Assembly: GCA_965227295.1 (NCBI GenBank)
Contig: OZ245742.1
Coordinates: forward strand, 3,840,001 to 3,904,000
Origin: Leptonemataceae bacterium
GTDB lineage: Bacteria; Spirochaetota; Leptospiria; Leptospirales; Leptonemataceae
DNA length: 64,000 nt
Direction of reading: 5' to 3'
The notes under the pieces are model-generated. The model did no database searches and had not been told where the DNA came from. It worked only from the letters and a program-made list of their open reading frames with translations. Position 1 is the stretch's first letter. Each line of letters starts with the position of its first letter. The translations under genes and the position numbers were made by a program. Of the stretch, positions 40,490 through 49,826 are shown one piece after another.

Positions 40490-41700
40490 AAGATTACTTA
40501 CAAAGATTGCTTCGCCGCAAGTTAGCCTCGGCGACGAGCCTGGCGGAACGTCGCCGACGTCGCTCGTTTATCGGAGACGTGAGTCGCCGTGGCGCCATCG
40601 TCCTGCTTGCGATTTTGCTGGTGGGGGCTTCGTCGCTCTTCGTTTCGGCGCAGTTTCTCGAAGACGTGACCGATCAGTACCTGGCCGTGCGTTCCAGTGC
40701 CGACGGACTGCGCGCGCGGGAGGCGGCCCTGGCCGGTTTCAACGCGGGCATCACGGCGGTGAAGACGATCCCGGAGGAGTTCTTGTATCAGCAGGGCATC
40801 ATCATGGACCCGCCGGCGTTGCCTCTCGGAAAGAAGTGCTTCGATGACGAGGAGACCGACTGCCTCAAGTTCAAGGTAAGTTACCAGATCCTGCCTGAAG
40901 ACGGCCGCATCAATCTGAACAACCTGGTGCGTTACGACGATCAGATCAACGAGAACTACAATCGCATTGTGCGGCGGTTGTTTCGTCAACTGGACATCCC
41001 CGGGGATCACGTGGACGCGGTTACCGACTGGATCGACGAAAACGATTACACCGAACCCGCCGGCGCCGAGGACGATCACTACGCCGCCCTCAAGCCGCCA
41101 CGCAAGATCAAGAATTATCGCATGTTTTCACTGTCCGAGCTCCCCGCGATTAAGGGTTTCGACCGCAACATGGTCTACGAGTCCCGGGCGCCGGAGGGCT
41201 GGGAAGAACGCCAGGAGGAGCTCGCCTTTCAGACCGACGACGAGATCAATCTGCTGCAACCCGAGGACTGGATCCTCGCGAACAACGTGACCGCCTTCAT
41301 GCCGTTCACCGAGTCCGTGGAGGATAAGGTCAACATCAACGCCGCGCGCTTTCACGTCATGATGAGCCTGTCCGACGCCATGAGCCGCGAGGCCGTGCTC
41401 GCGATCTTCAAGTACCGGCGCCAGAATAACGGCTACATCAAGAACGTATCCGAGCTACGGGATTTGCCGGAATTGAACGTGCCCGGGGGCATTCCGGAGG
41501 TTACGCTGTACCAGGAACTGGCCGGCACAGGCGGCGATGTGTCGGGTCTCATCAAGACGGAGAGCGATTATTATCAAATCGTGGGGGTCGGGTATGTGAT
41601 GCGCGAGACCGATAATACATCCGATATCCTGGCAGAACGCAAGGTCCGCGGAATCTGGGACAAAAACAACCGGCGACTCGTCTATTACTCGGAGGACTGA
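40486..41700 (+). CDS. gspK: Minor pseudopilin K
   Basis: RRG|AIVLL without Glu5; EDGRINLNNL, DWIDEND, GAE..Y, KVNINAA. Confidence 0.9.
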   Translation: MKDYLQRLLRRKLASATSLAERRRRRSFIGDVSRRGAIVLLAILLVGASSLFVSAQFLEDVTDQYLAVRSSADGLRAREAALAGFNAGITAVKTIPEEFLYQQGIIMDPPALPLGKKCFDDEETDCLKFKVSYQILPEDGRINLNNLVRYDDQINENYNRIVRRLFRQLDIPGDHVDAVTDWIDENDYTEPAGAEDDHYAALKPPRKIKNYRMFSLSELPAIKGFDRNMVYESRAPEGWEERQEELAFQTDDEINLLQPEDWILANNVTAFMPFTESVEDKVNINAARFHVMMSLSDAMSREAVLAIFKYRRQNNGYIKNVSELRDLPELNVPGGIPEVTLYQELAGTGGDVSGLIKTESDYYQIVGVGYVMRETDNTSDILAERKVRGIWDKNNRRLVYYSED

Positions 41701-41706
41701 GCCTCA

Positions 41707-43377
41707 GTGCAGCTATTTTCGGAAAAGTTTCTCGTCATCGACTACGGTACGACGCATATCAAGGGGGCGTTGCTGCAAAGCGGCGGCGGCTCGTATAAGA
41801 TCTTGCGTCTCGAAACGCTACCGCTGGTCTCCCTGCGCGGCGAAGAACTGGAAGGCGGCCTCGAAGAAGAAGAGGAACTCGACGAGTACGAGTACAACGT
41901 CATCCGTTTCGTGCAGTCCTTCTTTCCCGAGGAACAGAACTTTCTCCTCAACGTTCCCCTGGAACGCATTTATGTTCGCGACGTGCGCGTACCCGCCGTG
42001 AATCCGAAACAACTGGCGGAGATCATCCCGTTCGAGGTCGAAGGCGTGCTGCCGGTCTCCCTCGAAGAAGCCGAGGTCATCGGTCAGTCCTGGGAAACCG
42101 TCGGGGATAACTCCAGCGTCATCACCTTTACCGCGAAACACGACAGCCTCGAATCCGCGGTACGGCCGGTCCTGCGCGGCGAGACTTCGATCCGCATGCT
42201 CTCCGTGGACGCCGTGGGCCTGGCCGGCTTTGCGCGCCTTTTGCCGGTGGACGATTACCGCAATCGCATCGTCGGGCAGATCGACATCGGCGGCGAGTAC
42301 ACGATCTTCAACTGTCTCCAGGACGGACGACTCGTATTCACACGGCAATTGCCGTACGGCGGTCAAAGCGTTACGGAAACGATCGCCGAGATGTTGGGCA
42401 TCGATATCGAGAGCGCCGAGGTCAAGAAGCTCGACCTGGAATTGAACCTGGGCTACGATGAGAAGCTCGCCGCGAAACCGGACGCCTTCTTTAAAAGGCA
42501 CCGCATCGATAAAAAAGACTACGAGAAGATCATCAAGGCCCTGCGCGAGATCTTTGATGACCTGGCCGCGGAGATCGACCGTTCGATCCTGGCGCTGCCG
42601 TGCGAGAATCCCGTCGTTTTTTTCTTAAGTGGCGGCGGATCGATGTTAGGCGGCGTGCGGGAGTATCTCGAAGACCGCCTGGAGTACCGCGTGCAGCAGT
42701 ATCCCCTGGCGCTCACGTCCGGCCAGCCGGCGGCGGCCTGGGCCACGGCCCTGGGAACGGCCGAGCACTATCGTCAGAAGGCGCCGGAAAAATTCGACTT
42801 TCTGAACAGCCCGTTCGGTTCCACCCTGAAGGGCGGTCGCTTCAACGTCGGCATTTTCTCCACGCCGATTCTGTTCATCTCCGGCGCGGTGATCATTTTC
42901 CTGCTCGGCCTCTTGCTCAGCATCTGGCAGGACCGTCGGGAGATCCGTAAGTACCAGACCCAGGTGGCGCAGATCGCGCGGAATATTCCCGGCCTGGGGC
43001 AAAAGAACTCCGTCGAAGAATACCTTCGGTCGGCGCAGAAGATGTGTCGGGATCGTCTTGCTTCGGAAGCGGGCCAGGCCGGCGGGCCGCGGGTCCTGGA
43101 AGTATTGCAGACTCTCACCGAACTTACTCCCGGTCGCCAGGACATGGACTTTCGCTTCTCGAGTTTTCAGTACGACGATAAGTCCGTGCAGGTGGTCGCG
43201 GAACTGGCGGACATTACCCAGGTTCCGGTCATTGAACAGAAGTACCGCGAGAGCGCGCTCTTCAGCAACGTCGAGGTGGTGCGACCGAACGTACTACCGA
43301 ACGGTCGCGTCCGCCTGACGTTGACCCTGACACTCAAGGCCACCGGTGCGGGCGTGGCAAATCTGAGGTGCCGATAA
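41707..43377 (+). CDS. gspL: T2SS protein L (PilM/actin-like cytoplasmic domain, TM, periplasmic domain)
   Basis: IDYGTTHIK, IDIGG, LPYGG..VT, LSGGGS; TM near residue 390. Confidence 0.8.
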   Translation: MQLFSEKFLVIDYGTTHIKGALLQSGGGSYKILRLETLPLVSLRGEELEGGLEEEEELDEYEYNVIRFVQSFFPEEQNFLLNVPLERIYVRDVRVPAVNPKQLAEIIPFEVEGVLPVSLEEAEVIGQSWETVGDNSSVITFTAKHDSLESAVRPVLRGETSIRMLSVDAVGLAGFARLLPVDDYRNRIVGQIDIGGEYTIFNCLQDGRLVFTRQLPYGGQSVTETIAEMLGIDIESAEVKKLDLELNLGYDEKLAAKPDAFFKRHRIDKKDYEKIIKALREIFDDLAAEIDRSILALPCENPVVFFLSGGGSMLGGVREYLEDRLEYRVQQYPLALTSGQPAAAWATALGTAEHYRQKAPEKFDFLNSPFGSTLKGGRFNVGIFSTPILFISGAVIIFLLGLLLSIWQDRREIRKYQTQVAQIARNIPGLGQKNSVEEYLRSAQKMCRDRLASEAGQAGGPRVLEVLQTLTELTPGRQDMDFRFSSFQYDDKSVQVVAELADITQVPVIEQKYRESALFSNVEVVRPNVLPNGRVRLTLTLTLKATGAGVANLRCR

Positions 43378-43378
43378 G

Positions 43379-43876
43379 ATGCTGGATAAACTCGAACCCC
43401 GGGAAAGGATGCTGCTGTTCGGCGGCGTGGCCCTCGTCTTAACGGTGCTGTTGTTCTTCGGTGGCGCCCGCGTGCGGGAGATGCGCCAGCGTGTGAGTGA
43501 AGATGTCGCCGATAAGCGCGAGGCCGTGCAAACCATGCAACGACTCTCCGGCGCCATCTCTTCCATGAAGCCGCCCCAGGCCCTGCCGTCCAAGTCGCAG
43601 TTTTTTGCAAACGTAACGAACCTGCTGAGCCAGTACAATCTCAAAGGTTCCGGGGTGAATCAAAAAGAGCAGAGCGCACCGGGGCGGACGATCTACCAGG
43701 TCAGTATGACCATGCGGGCCGTGCGCATGGAGGATCTGCTGCGCTACCTGCACGCCATCGAATACGAACGCCGTGTGCCCGCGAACATCGATCGCATCCG
43801 TGTGAATCGTGCGGTTTCCGGACGTGAGGTTTACGACGTGAATCTCACGGTGAGCATATCGTTACCGGCGGAGTAG
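43379..43876 (+). CDS. gspM: T2SS protein M
   Basis: KLEPRERMLL followed by TM; LLRYLHAIE. Confidence 0.8.
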   Translation: MLDKLEPRERMLLFGGVALVLTVLLFFGGARVREMRQRVSEDVADKREAVQTMQRLSGAISSMKPPQALPSKSQFFANVTNLLSQYNLKGSGVNQKEQSAPGRTIYQVSMTMRAVRMEDLLRYLHAIEYERRVPANIDRIRVNRAVSGREVYDVNLTVSISLPAE

Positions 43877-43888
43877 AACGGCCATATT

Positions 43889-44890
43889 ATGAACATCGAC
43901 GAACTGGAAGACGAAGAACTCGAGGACCTGGAAGTACCGGAGGAGGACGAGTTCGCTCCGGAGGGCGCGGACGAGGACGCGCTGCTGGAAGGCGACGACG
44001 AACCCGGCGACGAGTTCGAGGAGCCGCGGCTCACCCTGCGTCAGAAGATCGTCGTAACGCTGACGGTCTTTGTAAGTTTCATCTGGTTCTCGTTCGTTTT
44101 TTTCCCGTACGAAGAGGTCATTCGTTTTTCTCTGGCCGGCTTTTCGCGTCAGGTACAGATTGAATTCACTTCCATGGACCTCGGTTACTTTCGTACCACG
44201 GTCCGCGGTTTGCGCGTGCAATTGCCGGACGGCTCCATGCACGTCTCGGTGAAGGATCTGGATGCCGAGGAGGGCCTGGGCTCGTACATTACGTCGCGGT
44301 ATCAGGGACTCATGCGCATGCTCGGCGTTGAGTTCAGCACCCGGGACCTGGCTTTCGAGGCGGCGCGCCTGGACGTGAACCTGAATCTGGATGATGCCAG
44401 TGTTCCCCCGCGCATGTTCGAAGGACGCATCGGCATTCGCGGACAGAACATCAGCTTTTCCAAACTGCCCCTGGAAGGACTGCCCATCCCCGGCATCGAT
44501 CCCTCGGAACTTCAGATCAGCAGCCTGGAATTGAACATGGATTTCTCCAACGGCCAGGTAAACTTCCAGGACTCGCGCCTCGCCAGTGATCTCTTCTCCG
44601 TACGCCTGAGCGGAACCGGCCAGATGCAAAACTCCATCGGCACGACGATCCTGGACACCGAGATCTGTCTCGACCCCGTCGATGATTTGCAGGAACGCAA
44701 TCCGCAACTCTTCGGATTGATGCTCGCCATGGGCGGTTCGGCCGGCGGCGAAGTCTGTGCCGATCTCAACGGCCCGGTGGGCCGACCGGAATTCAAACTC
44801 CGCCGCCCCGAGTTCGGCGCCCCCGGTAATACGGGCACCGAGGAGGGAGCCCCATCCGGTGCGGAAACCACGGGAGCCGCGGGTACATAG
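43889..44890 (+). CDS. gspN: T2SS protein N (acidic N-terminal tail, TM, beta-rich domain)
   Basis: TM ending FFPYE; C-terminal L.GP..RP; follows gspM. Confidence 0.72.
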   Translation: MNIDELEDEELEDLEVPEEDEFAPEGADEDALLEGDDEPGDEFEEPRLTLRQKIVVTLTVFVSFIWFSFVFFPYEEVIRFSLAGFSRQVQIEFTSMDLGYFRTTVRGLRVQLPDGSMHVSVKDLDAEEGLGSYITSRYQGLMRMLGVEFSTRDLAFEAARLDVNLNLDDASVPPRMFEGRIGIRGQNISFSKLPLEGLPIPGIDPSELQISSLELNMDFSNGQVNFQDSRLASDLFSVRLSGTGQMQNSIGTTILDTEICLDPVDDLQERNPQLFGLMLAMGGSAGGEVCADLNGPVGRPEFKLRRPEFGAPGNTGTEEGAPSGAETTGAAGT

Positions 44891-44900
44891 CGAGAGAATC

Positions 44901-46097
44901 ATGCCGGCCGTCGCATCCTACAACATCAACACACGCCTTGTGTTGCGCTTGTTATGCGCCACAACGGTTTTGCTGTTCGCGACGTTGTCTGCGCATGCGG
45001 CCGAACCCGTGCACATTCCCGCCGTCGATGATGCGCCGCCGGTGCACATCCCGTCGCCCGCCGAACGCAGTCGCATCGAACAGAAACAAGACGAACCGAG
45101 CCGCGACTTTCCCGCGAGTGCCCTGGCCCTGTATCTCCAGCGCTTCGAACAGGAACTCGACGATCTCAGCCGTTCCGAGGACGATCTCGAAGCGGTCGTC
45201 CTCCAACGTCTCCGGGACGAACTGGATCTCACGCTGACGGCCGGCTGGTATCGCTTTGATCGGGATTGCCCGCTCGTCTACGATCCCGCGGAGCAGGGCG
45301 AAGACGTTCCGTACGTGAGCCTGGAAGTCAGTTGTGTGCCGGAGAACTATCGGCCGGATTTTATCCTGCGCCTGCATCGTACGAACGCCGTGAACGGCCG
45401 CGCCGCGGAATCGGAGAAGAAAGTCGAAGCAGCGAACGAGCAGCGTCGTATCGTGGTGGACTTCGCACAGTACGATTTGCTGCGCGGACTGCGGGAACAA
45501 CGCGAGTTCACCGGCGAGCTCTACCTGGAACGCGTGCTGCTGCGCGAGGGTTTTCGCATCTACTGGCGCTGGCTGCCCGGAAGCGTGGGTTACGCCAACG
45601 TGATCCTGGAAAGCCTGCGGGCCCGGTACCCGGACGTCTCCGAGGCGGAACTGCTGCATCCGGATACCTTACGCAAGAACACGGCGACGTTACTGCGGCG
45701 GCTCCAGGCCGAACTGGAACGCGAGGCGCAGGCGACCGGGGAACGTTCGTTACCCATGGAAGATTTTATCGCCGTGTTTCCGCCGGGGAGTTACCTGGAA
45801 TTCGGCCGGAGTTGTCCGTTGCGCGTGGCTGAATCCCTCGAACGCGAACCGGCCGCAGAATTTGAGCGGCTGCGCCTGGTGCTGACCTGTCTGGAGAACC
45901 AGGCCGCGGAGCGCCTGGGCCCGCACATCGAAATTCTACTGCCCCCGGGCTCGCCGACAGCGCGGGAACTGGCCTCATATCGCCCCGGAGAGCGGATCCT
46001 TGCCCGATTGCGTTTCCGGGAAATCCTGAAAATCGAGAACGGGCGTCAATATCGGCTGGTCTGGGATACGATAAAAGAAGTACAGGCCGATTCCTGA
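44901..46097 (+). CDS. Exported hypothetical protein with internal duplication
   Basis: Sec signal ending AHA|A; two related segments F.R.CPL...L..C. Confidence 0.7.
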   Translation: MPAVASYNINTRLVLRLLCATTVLLFATLSAHAAEPVHIPAVDDAPPVHIPSPAERSRIEQKQDEPSRDFPASALALYLQRFEQELDDLSRSEDDLEAVVLQRLRDELDLTLTAGWYRFDRDCPLVYDPAEQGEDVPYVSLEVSCVPENYRPDFILRLHRTNAVNGRAAESEKKVEAANEQRRIVVDFAQYDLLRGLREQREFTGELYLERVLLREGFRIYWRWLPGSVGYANVILESLRARYPDVSEAELLHPDTLRKNTATLLRRLQAELEREAQATGERSLPMEDFIAVFPPGSYLEFGRSCPLRVAESLEREPAAEFERLRLVLTCLENQAAERLGPHIEILLPPGSPTARELASYRPGERILARLRFREILKIENGRQYRLVWDTIKEVQADS

Positions 46098-46098
46098 A

Positions 46099-47709
46099 AT
46101 GCGCGTTTTTATGTCTCACTCCGATTCATCGGCGGCCCCGTCGCGGCGGCCGTGGTTTCCGGCCCTGGTCGGCCCGGTCGGCCTGGCCCTGCTGTTCGTC
46201 ATCCCGCTCTTTGCCCAGAGCAATCAAGAAAAACCGGAGGATAACAAAATATCCGCCAGTGCGCGGACATCCCTCGTGCGGGTCGTGAAGACGTTGTACG
46301 ATGTCTCCGAGCCCTACAGTGCCCCGGAGGTTCGCGAGGTTTTCGGCAGCGCCGCGCAGCTCGGTTCCAACGTTTATCTGACCGACCTGGAACTCGTCCG
46401 TCACGCCACGGTGGTCCAGGTGTGGTCGCCGGAGCAGGTCCGCGAACCGGGAGCGCCGGAGCGCGAGATTCCCGCGGATGCATCCGTGCTGCATGCCGGC
46501 CGGGATTGTGGTCTCGCGATCATCGTAACCGGGGAGACGCTCGACCGCGACGCCGTGAATGCCGTACTGAAAGGGGCGGTGGAAACGTTCCCGGGGGGCG
46601 CCGGCATTCCCGTGGGCAGCGAGATCAGCGTGCACGGCTTTGATCGTCCCGGGGAAGCGCCGTCCGTGCGGCGGGTGCCGGTCAGCGCGCTACGCCCGGA
46701 GCTCATTGCCGGCAGTGACATTGACGAGCGCAGCATGGCGTTGATCCAGGAGCGTCCGGGCGGACCGGGCCTGTTGTACCGCGGCGGACCGGTGGCCGTG
46801 GGCGAACGCTGGCTCGGCATCTATCACGCGCCGTCCGATCTTACGCAAGCACGAGACAACCGTGCGTACGTGCTCGACGTTTCCGTGGTGCGTCGGTTTT
46901 TGCTCGATGCCTCGGACGGTCGTTACGAGGGCTTCGGTCACACCGGCGTCTACGTGCAACCGGTGCAGCGCGCGGCCGCGCGCAAGTACCTCGGTTTACC
47001 CCTGGACGGCGAAGAGAAGGACGTGGGTGTCCTGGTCCGGCGGGTGGATTATCGTTCGCCGGCGTGGGATCGTTTGCGTCCCGGCGACGTTTTGCTCTAC
47101 GTTGAAAATGAACCGGTGCACTCGCTGTCCGCGCGCATCGTTCTCAAAGAGCGCAGCCTGGAGATCGACGAGTACATTCGTGAGCGCAACGTGGAGACCA
47201 CGTTACGTCTGCTGCGCAACGGCCGCGTGTTACGCACGAAGGTTACGGCCTCGGTGTATCCCGGGCGCGATGTGCAGCGTGCGCGTGCCGTGCCGGAGCG
47301 CGCCTACTTCCTGGGCGGCGGCCTGGTCTTTCAGGAACTGGACTACGATCTCATTCACAATACCGAAGCCGGTCGCGTGCAGATGTTGCGCCACCGCTAC
47401 TTCGACTTTCTCAAGGAACGTTACAACGAGCAGGTGGACCGCGACGTCGTACTCACGGCGCGCCTGCCGGACGCGGTGAACGCCGGCACGGAGCAGTTCA
47501 TTCACGGCGTGGTGCACTCGGTGAACGGGCGGCGCATCCGTGATCTTAAAAGCTTCGCGGCGGAGTGGTCGTACGTTCGGGACGACTATGTCGTGATTCG
47601 TTTCATTGACCGCGGCGATCCGCTGGTCCTGAACTTCGACGAAGCGCGGCAGTCCGAAGAACGCATTGTGCGCAAGTATCAAATTCAGGAGAACGGCCGT
47701 GTGCGTTGA
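46099..47709 (+). CDS. HtrA/Deg (trypsin-like plus two PDZ) family protein, catalytic triad lost
   Basis: Collinear with Deg2/Deg9-type proteases (DGRYEGF, GVLV..SPA..LRPGDVLL, GGLVFQEL, VNG..I), but has LTDLELV, DCGLAII and LYRGGP at the triad positions. Confidence 0.8.
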   Translation: MRVFMSHSDSSAAPSRRPWFPALVGPVGLALLFVIPLFAQSNQEKPEDNKISASARTSLVRVVKTLYDVSEPYSAPEVREVFGSAAQLGSNVYLTDLELVRHATVVQVWSPEQVREPGAPEREIPADASVLHAGRDCGLAIIVTGETLDRDAVNAVLKGAVETFPGGAGIPVGSEISVHGFDRPGEAPSVRRVPVSALRPELIAGSDIDERSMALIQERPGGPGLLYRGGPVAVGERWLGIYHAPSDLTQARDNRAYVLDVSVVRRFLLDASDGRYEGFGHTGVYVQPVQRAAARKYLGLPLDGEEKDVGVLVRRVDYRSPAWDRLRPGDVLLYVENEPVHSLSARIVLKERSLEIDEYIRERNVETTLRLLRNGRVLRTKVTASVYPGRDVQRARAVPERAYFLGGGLVFQELDYDLIHNTEAGRVQMLRHRYFDFLKERYNEQVDRDVVLTARLPDAVNAGTEQFIHGVVHSVNGRRIRDLKSFAAEWSYVRDDYVVIRFIDRGDPLVLNFDEARQSEERIVRKYQIQENGRVR

Positions 47710-49270
47710 TCGCCGGCGTTATCTACGGTACGCGTTGTTGTGCTACGTGGGGCTGGTCTTCGGTGTCGCGACGGCTCCGGTTGCTTTTGCTGACACGTCC
47801 GCCGATCTGCGCGCTCGTGTGGTGGAAGTCCGCACTACGTTTCGGAACATTCCGCACCGATCTCCCTGGCGTCGGGACGATCTCGGCCGGAGCCTTAGCC
47901 CCGCCGTGTATCTCGGCAAAGACGTCCTTTTGATGCTGGACCCGCACATCGAAAGCGCCATCGGCGCGGCCGTCCGTGTACCCGACGACCTGGAAGTTTC
48001 CGCCGGTGTCCTGGACTACGATCGCGAACTCCACGTTGCGTTGCTCGCCTTCGATGCCCAGAGCCGGGAGGCCTCACCGTTCAAAGGCAGTGTGCCGCTA
48101 ACTGCGATTGATCAGAAGTTTGCCTACGGACGCAGCGGTCAGCAGTTGAATCTGGTCGGTTACGCCGCGGACGACAGGACCCTGCGCAATCATACGGTTT
48201 TTTATTCCGGCGTCGGCGGCTCCATGGCCCCCGGTCACAGTCGAATGATCCCGGTCCTGCGCTTCAGCGGCTGGACCGCGGGCATTTCGCGCGGGGATCT
48301 GTTGTTTTCAGAGAACGGCCGGCTGGCCGGCATCGTTCTCGGTTTCAATCGCGAGGAGAACGAGGGCACGGCGCTGCCGGCCGCGTTGATTCAGGAGTAC
48401 GTGCGATCGTCGCTGGCCCGGGCCTCTGAGGTGGACGAGGTCCGCCCGGGTCGTCTGCCCCGGGAGGGAGAAACGGTGCTCGTGGACTCCGGTTTTCGTT
48501 ACGAGGCCCTTCCGGCGGAAACAGCGCGGCGTTATTACGGCCTGGATCCGGATACCAACGGGGCCCTGGTCACGGAGGTGCTGCCCTGGATGCGACCGCT
48601 GCGGGATCGCCTGGTGGAAGGTGACGTCATTCTAAGTATAGATGGTCGTAAGTTAAGCCCCGGTGCGACGTTGCAGGACGAAGTCCTGGGCCGGCTTCCG
48701 CTGGGGGCCGCCCTGGGTTTCGCAGACGGGAAACCGGTTCCGTCCGGCTCGCGGGTAAAGCTGCGGGTGGCGCGGGACCGGGAGATTCGCACGGTGGAGA
48801 TCGGACTGTACCCGTTTGCCCGGGAGTTCGTGCAGGTTCCCCGGGAGTATGCGCTGCCGCCGTACATCATCGTTGGTGGTCTGGTACTGACGGAGCTGAG
48901 TGAGCGCTACGTGAACGAGGGGGAATCGCCGGCGCACCTGAAGTATCTCGCACAGCGCTCGCGCATTGCGCCGGTGCCGGGCAATCGCCGCTTCGTCGTT
49001 CTGGATCGTGTGCTGCCCATCGAACAAAACCGCGGGGCGTACGTGCCCGGCACGCAGCGTGTCCTCGTCCTTTCGTTGAACAACATCGTCGTGCGCAACC
49101 TGGCGCATTTGCGCGAACTGATGATCGAAAACGAGCGTGAGGAAAAAGATCTGGCCTTCGGCATCGAAGGCGGCGGGCTCATCGTCATCGCTCACGATCA
49201 ACTCAACGACGCCGACACCCAGGTGCGTTCCGTGCACGGCATTCAGTTTCTCGAAGCCGGGCTGGAATAA
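47699..49270 (+). CDS. Second HtrA/Deg-PDZ paralogue with degenerate protease domain
   Basis: Signal peptide, SPW motif, GDVILSIDG PDZ, GGLVLTELS..Y; no TNAHV or GNSGG; GTG start inferred. Confidence 0.75.
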   Translation: MCVDRRRYLRYALLCYVGLVFGVATAPVAFADTSADLRARVVEVRTTFRNIPHRSPWRRDDLGRSLSPAVYLGKDVLLMLDPHIESAIGAAVRVPDDLEVSAGVLDYDRELHVALLAFDAQSREASPFKGSVPLTAIDQKFAYGRSGQQLNLVGYAADDRTLRNHTVFYSGVGGSMAPGHSRMIPVLRFSGWTAGISRGDLLFSENGRLAGIVLGFNREENEGTALPAALIQEYVRSSLARASEVDEVRPGRLPREGETVLVDSGFRYEALPAETARRYYGLDPDTNGALVTEVLPWMRPLRDRLVEGDVILSIDGRKLSPGATLQDEVLGRLPLGAALGFADGKPVPSGSRVKLRVARDREIRTVEIGLYPFAREFVQVPREYALPPYIIVGGLVLTELSERYVNEGESPAHLKYLAQRSRIAPVPGNRRFVVLDRVLPIEQNRGAYVPGTQRVLVLSLNNIVVRNLAHLRELMIENEREEKDLAFGIEGGGLIVIAHDQLNDADTQVRSVHGIQFLEAGLE

Positions 49271-49633
49271 AAACCGAGCAGCAACATAGCGCGGGCCGAC
49301 GCGGACGATCCGCCTTCGATCGAGGAACTGGCCGTGATCGCCGATCTGTCTCCGTCGCGCCTTGCGCATGTGTTTAAGGATCGTGTCGACATTCCCCTGC
49401 GTTCCCTGCGGACCTGGTTTCGCCTCAAAGTCGCGACGATCTGGCTGCGGCGCGGCTATTCGCTTACGGATGCCGCCGTGGCTGCGGGCTTTTATGATCA
49501 GGCGCATTTCTCGCACCAGTTCCGGAAGATGTTCGGCATTCAACCGTCCTTGATCTTTCGCGGTGACGCGGAAGTGCGCTGGTGGATCGAGAGTGAGGAG
49601 TTGACGTTGCGCCTGGCGGACGATGTGTTATAG
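49271..49633 (+). pseudogene. 5'-truncated AraC-family regulator (DNA-binding domain only)
   Basis: PSIEELA..ADLSPSRLAHVFK, SLTDAAVAAGFYDQAHFSHQFRKMFG; no start codon upstream of the first HTH. Confidence 0.75.
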
Positions 49634-49732
49634 TACCTTGCAGTACCACACGCCGCTGATCTGTACATCGAAGCCGGCTTTTTCGCAGGCTCGCCGCGCC
49701 GGTGCATGCGCAGGATCGCCGCCGGTGTTACT
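49628..49732 (-). pseudogene. C-terminal remnant of a GNAT acetyltransferase
   Basis: The minus strand reads NTGGDPAHAPARRACEKAGFDVQISGVWYCKVL*; in-frame stop upstream at 49760-49762 and no start codon. Confidence 0.7.
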
Positions 49733-49826
49733 TCGTAGGGATTCTCTCTGGGACTTCTTTCACTTGACAGTCCGCGCGCTTTGCCCACGCTGGCATGTTC
49801 GCCGCATTCAGCAACGGCAATCCGCC

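Noticed and set aside
49791..49806. sigma54 promoter before smpB (TGGCAT-N5-CCGCA)
   Set aside because: GG-N10-GC spacing fits but the -12 element lacks TT; TTGACA-N16-CACGCT at 49764-49791 explains the region as well
49623..49826. N-terminal extension of SmpB in the ORF track
   Set aside because: Homology starts at the ATG at 49827; the upstream part overlaps the GNAT remnant and the promoter
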